In this document: one piece after another, positions 56,615 to 64,000 of the stretch
Layout of the letters: each line of letters opens with the position of its first letter
Position numbering within the stretch: the first letter of the stretch is position 1
From: Brevundimonas sp.
GTDB lineage: Bacteria; Pseudomonadota; Alphaproteobacteria; Caulobacterales; Caulobacteraceae
Assembly: GCF_046299535.1 (NCBI RefSeq)
Contig: NZ_JBKBIB010000012.1
Coordinates: 21,833-85,832 of the forward strand
Reading direction: 5' to 3'
DNA length: 64,000 bases
Translations under genes and position numbers: made by a program
The notes under the pieces: model-generated
Database searches by the model: none
What the model saw: only the letters and a program-made list of their open reading frames with translations
Told to the model about the DNA's origin: nothing

Positions 56615-58729
56615 GTGACCATCGAGACCCTCGTCACAATCGGCGTCTTCGCCCCGCTGCTGGGCGCGATGATCGCCGGCTTCTTCGGCCGACGGATCGG
56701 CAACATCGCCTCGCAGGCGGTGACCACCGGCCTGCTGTTCCTGTCGTGCATCATCGCGTGGGTGGTGTTCGGCCAGCACACCTGGGGGAACATGCAGGCC
56801 TTCACGGTCGAGCTGTTCCCCTTCATCAATGTGGGCGACTTCCAGTCGACCTGGTCGGTGCGGGTGGACGCCCTGTCGGCGGTGATGCTGGTGGTGGTGA
56901 CGAGCGTGTCGTCGCTGGTGCACCTGTATTCCTGGGGCTACATGGCCGTGGACGACTCCCGGCCGCGCTTCTTCGCCTATCTGTCCCTGTTCACCTTCAT
57001 GATGCTGGCGCTGGTGACGGCCGCCGACTTCATGCAGCTGTTCTTCGGCTGGGAAGGCGTGGGGCTTGCGTCCTATCTGCTGATCGGATTCTGGTACAAG
57101 AAGCCCACCGCCAGCGCCGCCGCCATCAAGGCCTTCGTGGTCAACCGGGTGGGCGACTTCGGCTTCGTGCTGGGCATCATCACCGTGTTCTGGATGTTCG
57201 GCACCATCAAGTTCGCCGAGCTGTTCCCGCTGATCGCCGCCCAGTCGGGCGCGGGCTGGGACTTCATCGGCCAGCGCTGGTCGGCGCTGGATCTGGCGGC
57301 GTTCCTGCTGTTCATCGGCGCGATGGGCAAGTCGGCCCAGTTCTTCCTGCACACCTGGCTGCCTGACGCCATGGAAGGCCCGACGCCCGTGTCGGCGCTG
57401 ATCCACGCGGCCACCATGGTGACGGCCGGCGTCTATATGGTCTGCCTGCTGTCGCCGATCTATGAATATGCGCCGACGGCGTCGCTGATCGTGGCCATCA
57501 TCGGCGGCATCACCGCCCTGTTCGCCGCCACCGTCGGCCTGGCCCAGAACGACATCAAGCGGGTCATCGCCTATTCGACCTGCTCGCAGCTGGGCTACAT
57601 GTTCTTCGCGGCGGGCGTCGGCGCCTATCAGGCGGCCATGTTCCACCTGTTCACCCACGCCTTCTTCAAGGCCCTGCTGTTCCTGGGCGCCGGCTCGGTG
57701 ATCCACGGCATGCACCACGAGCAGGACATGCGGAACATGGGCGGGCTGGCGAAACTGCTGCCCATCACCTACGGCGCGATGATGATCGGCACCATCGCCA
57801 TCACCGGCCTTGGCATTCCCGAGCTGAAGTGGGGCTTCGCCGGCTTCTATTCCAAGGATTCGATCCTGGAGAGCGCCTTCGCCTCTGCGGACTACAGCCC
57901 GGCGGGCCTGTTCGTGTTCTTCATCGGCCTGTTCGCGGCCGGGCTGACGGCCTACTATTCGTGGCGTCTGATCTTCATGACCTTCCACAACAAGCCTGTG
58001 TGGAAGGAGGCGCACGCGCCGGTCGAGCATCATCATGATGACCACGCTACGGACGCCCAGAAGGAAACCCACACCGAGCCGCTAATGGACGACGCCGTGG
58101 CCGCGCATACGGATGCGCACCATGACGCCCATCACGACGACCACGGTCATCACGGCCCGCTTAAGCCGCACGAGAGCCCGTGGACCATGCTGATCCCGCT
58201 GATCGTGCTGTCGATCGGCGCGGTGGCGGCGGGCTTTGTCTTCTACGATAACTTCGTCGGCTATCACGAGGCCGAGTTCTGGCGCGGGGCGATCTTCACG
58301 TCCGAGGCCAACCACGTCCTGCACGACAGCCACAATGTGCCGCGCTGGGTGCTGTGGGCGCCCGTGGTGCTGACCCTGCTGGGCACCTTCGTGGCGTTCT
58401 GGATCTATGTGCTCAAGGAAGGCATGGCCCGACGCATGGCCGAGCGGGGCAACATCCTGCACACCTTCTTCTACAACAAGTGGTTCTTCGACGAGCTGTA
58501 CGACGTGATCTTCGTCAAGAGCGCCCGGGCCATCGGGGACTTCTTCTGGAAGGTCGGCGACGTCCGGATCATCGACGGTCTCGGCCCGAACGGCGCCGCC
58601 TGGGCCTCGCTGAAATCGGCTGCGCGGCTGGCCAGGGTCCAGTCCGGCTATGTCTATCACTATGCGTTCGTGATGCTGCTGGGTGTGGCGGGTCTTCTCG
58701 CCTTCGCCATCGCGACGTGGGGAGCCTGA
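56615..58729 (+). CDS. nuoL: NADH-quinone oxidoreductase subunit L
   Basis: 704 aa, GTG start. Antiporter-like core ([47 protein letters not shown]) and a His/Asp-rich insert before the long lateral helix. Confidence 0.95.
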   Translation: MTIETLVTIGVFAPLLGAMIAGFFGRRIGNIASQAVTTGLLFLSCIIAWVVFGQHTWGNMQAFTVELFPFINVGDFQSTWSVRVDALSAVMLVVVTSVSSLVHLYSWGYMAVDDSRPRFFAYLSLFTFMMLALVTAADFMQLFFGWEGVGLASYLLIGFWYKKPTASAAAIKAFVVNRVGDFGFVLGIITVFWMFGTIKFAELFPLIAAQSGAGWDFIGQRWSALDLAAFLLFIGAMGKSAQFFLHTWLPDAMEGPTPVSALIHAATMVTAGVYMVCLLSPIYEYAPTASLIVAIIGGITALFAATVGLAQNDIKRVIAYSTCSQLGYMFFAAGVGAYQAAMFHLFTHAFFKALLFLGAGSVIHGMHHEQDMRNMGGLAKLLPITYGAMMIGTIAITGLGIPELKWGFAGFYSKDSILESAFASADYSPAGLFVFFIGLFAAGLTAYYSWRLIFMTFHNKPVWKEAHAPVEHHHDDHATDAQKETHTEPLMDDAVAAHTDAHHDAHHDDHGHHGPLKPHESPWTMLIPLIVLSIGAVAAGFVFYDNFVGYHEAEFWRGAIFTSEANHVLHDSHNVPRWVLWAPVVLTLLGTFVAFWIYVLKEGMARRMAERGNILHTFFYNKWFFDELYDVIFVKSARAIGDFFWKVGDVRIIDGLGPNGAAWASLKSAARLARVQSGYVYHYAFVMLLGVAGLLAFAIATWGA

Positions 58730-58733
58730 GCCC

Positions 58734-60218
<1,485 letters not shown>

Positions 60219-60225
60219 GACGACC

Positions 60226-61671
60226 ATGTTCGACATCAATCTCGCCCTTCACATCGCCGCTCCTGAGGCCCTTCTGGCCGTCGGGTCGATGATCCTGCTG
60301 ATGCTCGGCGCCTATGGCGGCGAAAAGCTGGGCCGCGTGGTCAGCCTGCTGGCCGTCGCGCTGCTGATCGGGGCCGCCGGCGTCGCCGCCAATGCGCCGC
60401 TGGGCATGGTCTTCAACGGGGCGTTCGTCTCGGATCCCATGTCCGTCTACGCCAAGGTGGCCATCTATCTGGCCAGCGCCCTGGCCGTGGTGCTGGGCGA
60501 CGGCTGGACGCGCCGCAACGGCATCGCCCGGTTCGAGTACCCGGTGCTGATCGTGCTGGCCGCCGTCGGCATGGGCATGATGGCCTCGGCGGGCGACCTG
60601 ATGGCGCTGTATGTGGGCGTCGAACTGCAGTCGCTGGCCCTGTACGTGCTGGCCGCCTTCCACCGGGACGACGGCCGGGCGTCGGAAGCGGGCCTGAAGT
60701 ATTTCGTGCTGGGCGCCTTGTCGTCGGGTCTGCTGCTGTACGGCTCCAGCCTGATCTACGGCTTCACCGGCTCCATGCGCTTCGACGAGATCGCTGCGGT
60801 GGCGGCGGGCGGGGCCGAGCCCGGTCTGATTTTCGGTCTGGTGTTCCTGATCTGCGGCCTGGCCTTCAAGGTGTCGGCCGCGCCGTTCCACATGTGGACG
60901 CCTGACGTGTACGAGGGCGCGCCGACTCCGGTCGTGGCGTTCTTCGCCACCGCGCCCAAGTTCGCGGCCATGGTGCTGTTTGCGCGTGCCCTCAGCGAGG
61001 GTTTCGGCGGCGCTCACGACCAGTGGGCCCAGGTGCTGGTGATCATCTCGCTGATCTCGTTTGCGGTCGGCGCCTTCGGCGGCCTCGCACAGCGGGACAT
61101 CCCGCGGCTGCTGGCCTATTCGTCCATCGCCAACATCGGTTATGCGCTGCTGGCCATCACGGCGGGGACGCAGGCGGGGCTGCAGGCCCTGCTGCTGTTC
61201 ATGACCTTCTACATGATCGACACGCTGGGCTTCTTCGCCCTGCTGCTGGCCCTGTCGCGCGGCGGTCGGCCGATCCGGCGCATCGCCGATCTGGCGGGTC
61301 TGCGCAAGGACAAGCCCGTCACCACCATCGCCATTACGGTGCTGTCCCTGTCGGTGCTGGGCATGCCGCCCTTCGCCGGGTTCTGGGGCAAGTTCTATGT
61401 GTTCGGCGCGGCGCTGCAGGCGGGCTACTGGATCGTGGCGGCGCTGGGTCTGGTCGCGTCGGTCGTGGCGGCCTTCTACTATCTGCGCATCATCAAGGTG
61501 ATGTGGTTCGACGCGCCGCCGGAAGGCGAGGGCGCGGTGGACCCGTCGCCGAAGGACGCCCAGTGGATCGGATGGGCGGCTGCGGCCTTCTCGTTCCCGC
61601 TGGTGCTGATCGCCCTGACCTGGCTGGAGCCGCTGGCCAGCAACGCCGCCACCAGCTTCGGGGCGGGCTGA
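60226..61671 (+). CDS. nuoN: NADH-quinone oxidoreductase subunit N
   Basis: 481 aa. GLAFKVSAAPFHMWTPDVYEGAPTPVVAFF. Confidence 0.95.
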   Translation: MFDINLALHIAAPEALLAVGSMILLMLGAYGGEKLGRVVSLLAVALLIGAAGVAANAPLGMVFNGAFVSDPMSVYAKVAIYLASALAVVLGDGWTRRNGIARFEYPVLIVLAAVGMGMMASAGDLMALYVGVELQSLALYVLAAFHRDDGRASEAGLKYFVLGALSSGLLLYGSSLIYGFTGSMRFDEIAAVAAGGAEPGLIFGLVFLICGLAFKVSAAPFHMWTPDVYEGAPTPVVAFFATAPKFAAMVLFARALSEGFGGAHDQWAQVLVIISLISFAVGAFGGLAQRDIPRLLAYSSIANIGYALLAITAGTQAGLQALLLFMTFYMIDTLGFFALLLALSRGGRPIRRIADLAGLRKDKPVTTIAITVLSLSVLGMPPFAGFWGKFYVFGAALQAGYWIVAALGLVASVVAAFYYLRIIKVMWFDAPPEGEGAVDPSPKDAQWIGWAAAAFSFPLVLIALTWLEPLASNAATSFGAG

Positions 61672-62424
61672 TTGGCCGAGGCCGCCCCGCGCCTGATCCT
61701 CGACGAAGCGGACTCCACCAACGCCGAGGCGCGGCGCATGGCCGAGCGCGGCGAGACCGGACCGCTGTGGATCGTGGCGCGGCGCCAGTCGGCGGGACGG
61801 GGACGGCGCGGCCGGACATGGTCCAGCGAGACCGGCAATCTGGCCGCGACCCTGCTGACCGTGGTCCGCCGGCCGCCGGCCGAGGCGGCGCAGCTGACCT
61901 TCGTGGCGGCGCTGGCCGTGGCGGACCTGCTGGACGCGTGGGCGCCGCCGGCGCTGGTCAGCATCAAATGGCCCAATGACGTGATGCTGGACAGCAAAAA
62001 GGCCAGCGGCATCCTGCTGGAATCCGGCGCCCATGACAGCGGCGGCCTGTGGCTGGGGGTGGGAATCGGGGTCAATCTGGCCCACGCGCCGACCGAGACC
62101 GAGCGTCCGGCGACCGCTCTGGCCGACCATCTGCGGGCCGACGCGGCGGCGCCTCCGTCCATCGAGCAGGCGGCCGACCATCTGGCTGGGACTTTCGCCG
62201 TATGGATGGAGCGCTGGATGACCCTGGGGTTCCAGCCGGTGCTGGACGCCTGGACCGCGCGGACGCCGGGGCTGGACGGTCCCTGCACGGCGCGGCTGGG
62301 GCATGAGACGCTCAGCGGCCGGGCCGAAGGCGTGGAGGCGGACGGGGCGCTGCGCCTGCGCTTGCCCTCGGGCGAACTGCGGCGCATTTCGGCGGGCGAC
62401 GTGTTCTTCGGGGAGGCGGCCTGA
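61672..62424 (+). CDS. birA: biotin--[acetyl-CoA-carboxylase] ligase (group I, no HTH domain)
   Basis: TTG start immediately after the nuoN stop. [16 protein letters not shown] (GRGRxGR motif), KWPNDV. Confidence 0.88.
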   Translation: MAEAAPRLILDEADSTNAEARRMAERGETGPLWIVARRQSAGRGRRGRTWSSETGNLAATLLTVVRRPPAEAAQLTFVAALAVADLLDAWAPPALVSIKWPNDVMLDSKKASGILLESGAHDSGGLWLGVGIGVNLAHAPTETERPATALADHLRADAAAPPSIEQAADHLAGTFAVWMERWMTLGFQPVLDAWTARTPGLDGPCTARLGHETLSGRAEGVEADGALRLRLPSGELRRISAGDVFFGEAA

Positions 62425-63203
62425 TGCTTCTGGCCATCGAGCAAGGCAACACCAACACCCTGTTCGCGGTGCATGACGGGACTGACTGGATCGCTCAGTG
62501 GCGCACGGCCACGGAATCCAGCCGCACCGCCGACGAATACGCCGTGTGGCTGAGCCAGCTGCTGTCCATGCGGGACATCAGGATGGCGGCGCTGGACGGC
62601 TGCATCATCTCCAGCGTGGTGCCCCAGTCGATTTTCAATCTGAAGAACCTGTCGCGGCGCTATCTGAACGTGGAGCCGCTGGTGATCGGGGACAATGTGG
62701 ACCTGGGCATACCGGTCCGCATCACCAAGCCCAGCGAGGCGGGCGCCGACCGGCTGGTCAACGCCATCGGGGCCCATCTGAAGTATTCCGGCGACCTGAT
62801 CGTCATCGACTCCGGCACGGCCACCACCTTCGACGTCATCGCCGCAGACGGCGCCTTCGAGGGCGGGGTGATCGCGCCGGGGATCAACCTCAGCCTTCAG
62901 GCCCTGCACGAGGCGGCGGCCATGCTGCCGCGCATCGCCATCCAGAAGCCCGACCGGGTCATCGGCAAGGACACCGTGTCCAACATGCAGTCCGGTGTTT
63001 TCTGGGGCTATGTCTCGCTGATCGAGGGCATGGTGGCGCGCATGAAGGCGGAATGGGCGAAACCCATGACCGTCATCGGAACCGGCGGCGTGGCCAGCCT
63101 GTTCGAAGGCGCAACCGAAAGCATCGATCACTTCGACGCGGATCTGACCATTCGCGGCCTTCTGGAAATCTGGCGACGCAACGCCCATCTGAAAACAACA
63201 TGA
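62424..63203 (+). CDS. coaX: type III pantothenate kinase
   Basis: ATGA overlap with bir[13 protein letters not shown] (DxGNT-like phosphate-1 motif), [16 protein letters not shown]. Confidence 0.92.
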   Translation: MLLAIEQGNTNTLFAVHDGTDWIAQWRTATESSRTADEYAVWLSQLLSMRDIRMAALDGCIISSVVPQSIFNLKNLSRRYLNVEPLVIGDNVDLGIPVRITKPSEAGADRLVNAIGAHLKYSGDLIVIDSGTATTFDVIAADGAFEGGVIAPGINLSLQALHEAAAMLPRIAIQKPDRVIGKDTVSNMQSGVFWGYVSLIEGMVARMKAEWAKPMTVIGTGGVASLFEGATESIDHFDADLTIRGLLEIWRRNAHLKTT

Positions 63204-64000
63204 AAAAATCAAATCAAGACGAACTGGTCTTCCTGCCGCTCGGCGGTTCCGGAGAGATCGGCATGAACCTGAACGCCTACGGCTTCGGCCCGGCGCACGA
63301 CCGCAAATGGATCATCGTCGACGTGGGCGTCACCTTCGGCGACCTGTCGACGCCCGGCGTCGACATCATCGTGCCCGATCCCGAGGCCCTCAAGGGCGAG
63401 AAGATCCTCGGCATCCTGCTGACCCACGCCCACGAGGACCATATCGGCGCCCTGGGCTGGCTGTGGCCGCGCATCCAGGCGCCGCTTTACGCCACGCCGT
63501 TCACGGCCTATCTGATCCGCGACAAGCTGCGCGAGCAGAACCTGCTGCAGGAGGCGAAACTTCACGAGGTGCCGCTGGGCGGCACGGTCAATCTGGGCCC
63601 GTTCGAATGCGAGTTCGTCACCATGACGCACTCCATCGCCGAGCCGAACGGCATCGCCATCAAGACCCCGCTGGGCACGGTGATGCACACCGGCGACTGG
63701 AAGATCGACGACACGCCCGTGGTCGGATCGCGCACGGACGCCAAGGCCCTGACCCGACTGGGTGATGAGGGCGTGCTGGCCATGGTGGGGGATTCCACCA
63801 ATGTGTTCGTGGATGGCGTCGCCGGTTCAGAAGGCGATGTGGCCGGCGCCCTGGTGGACCTCATCAAGCCCCTGCGCGGTCGCGTGGCCGTGGGCTGTTT
63901 CGCGTCCAATGTGGCGCGGGTCCACAGCGTGGCTCTGGCGGCCAAGGCGGCGGGGCGACGCGTGGCGCTGGCCGGGCGGTCGATGCACCGCATCACGGCG
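63200..64000 (+). CDS. rnj: RNase J family beta-CASP ribonuclease, 3'-partial
   Basis: Not in the ORF track because it runs off the window. ATG 63200 overlaps the coaX stop. Sequence: [27 protein letters not shown]..., MBL motif [12 protein letters not shown], then GDWKID and GDSTN. Confidence 0.85.
   Translation, partial: MKKSNQDELVFLPLGGSGEIGMNLNAYGFGPAHDRKWIIVDVGVTFGDLSTPGVDIIVPDPEALKGEKILGILLTHAHEDHIGALGWLWPRIQAPLYATPFTAYLIRDKLREQNLLQEAKLHEVPLGGTVNLGPFECEFVTMTHSIAEPNGIAIKTPLGTVMHTGDWKIDDTPVVGSRTDAKALTRLGDEGVLAMVGDSTNVFVDGVAGSEGDVAGALVDLIKPLRGRVAVGCFASNVARVHSVALAAKAAGRRVALAGRSMHRITA

Overview
High-GC alphaproteobacterial chromosome segment. Gene order looks Caulobacterales-like (Brevundimonas/Caulobacter type): tig-clpP-cicA-clpX-hdaA, aroQ-accB-accC-aat, and nuoA-N-birA-coaX-rnj.

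Contents from 5' to 3':
- An exopolysaccharide locus: a split co-polymerase/ATPase pair, then a convergent five-gene operon joined only by ATGA overlaps.
- tRNA-Ser followed by an A/T-richer GIY-YIG islet.
- A LexA-box-preceded radical-SAM/UdgX pair.
- An orphan ECF sigma gene with a perfect GGAAC-N16-CGTT promoter, placed back-to-back with a similar promoter for a fused egtB-egtD ergothioneine gene.
- Three small stress-protein genes, each with the same promoter type.
- Housekeeping genes: tig, clpP, clpX, hdaA, aspS, accBC, aroQ.
- Two secreted pentapeptide-repeat paralogues.
- A TSCPD (class II ribonucleotide reductase C-terminal) domain protein that lacks a recognisable reductase core.
- NDUFA12 and DUF2155 homologues.
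- A large autotransporter with a divergent GT4 glycosyltransferase.
- tRNA-Asp and an AbgT-family transporter.
- A complete nuoA-N operon interrupted by seven extra small ORFs.

No CRISPR array, transposase, integrase, prophage or recognisable defence system was seen.

Most interesting candidates:
1. An EcfG-type mini-regulon that appears to place ergothioneine synthesis under general-stress sigma control.
2. Three tandem paralogous CX13C mini-lipoproteins translationally coupled between nuoH and nuoI.
3. The SOS-box/radical-SAM/DUF4130-UdgX module.
4. A structured 540-bp non-coding gap with two 54-bp repeats at convergent gene ends.

Many long ORFs in the six-frame track are antisense or out-of-frame shadows typical of high-GC DNA and were not called.
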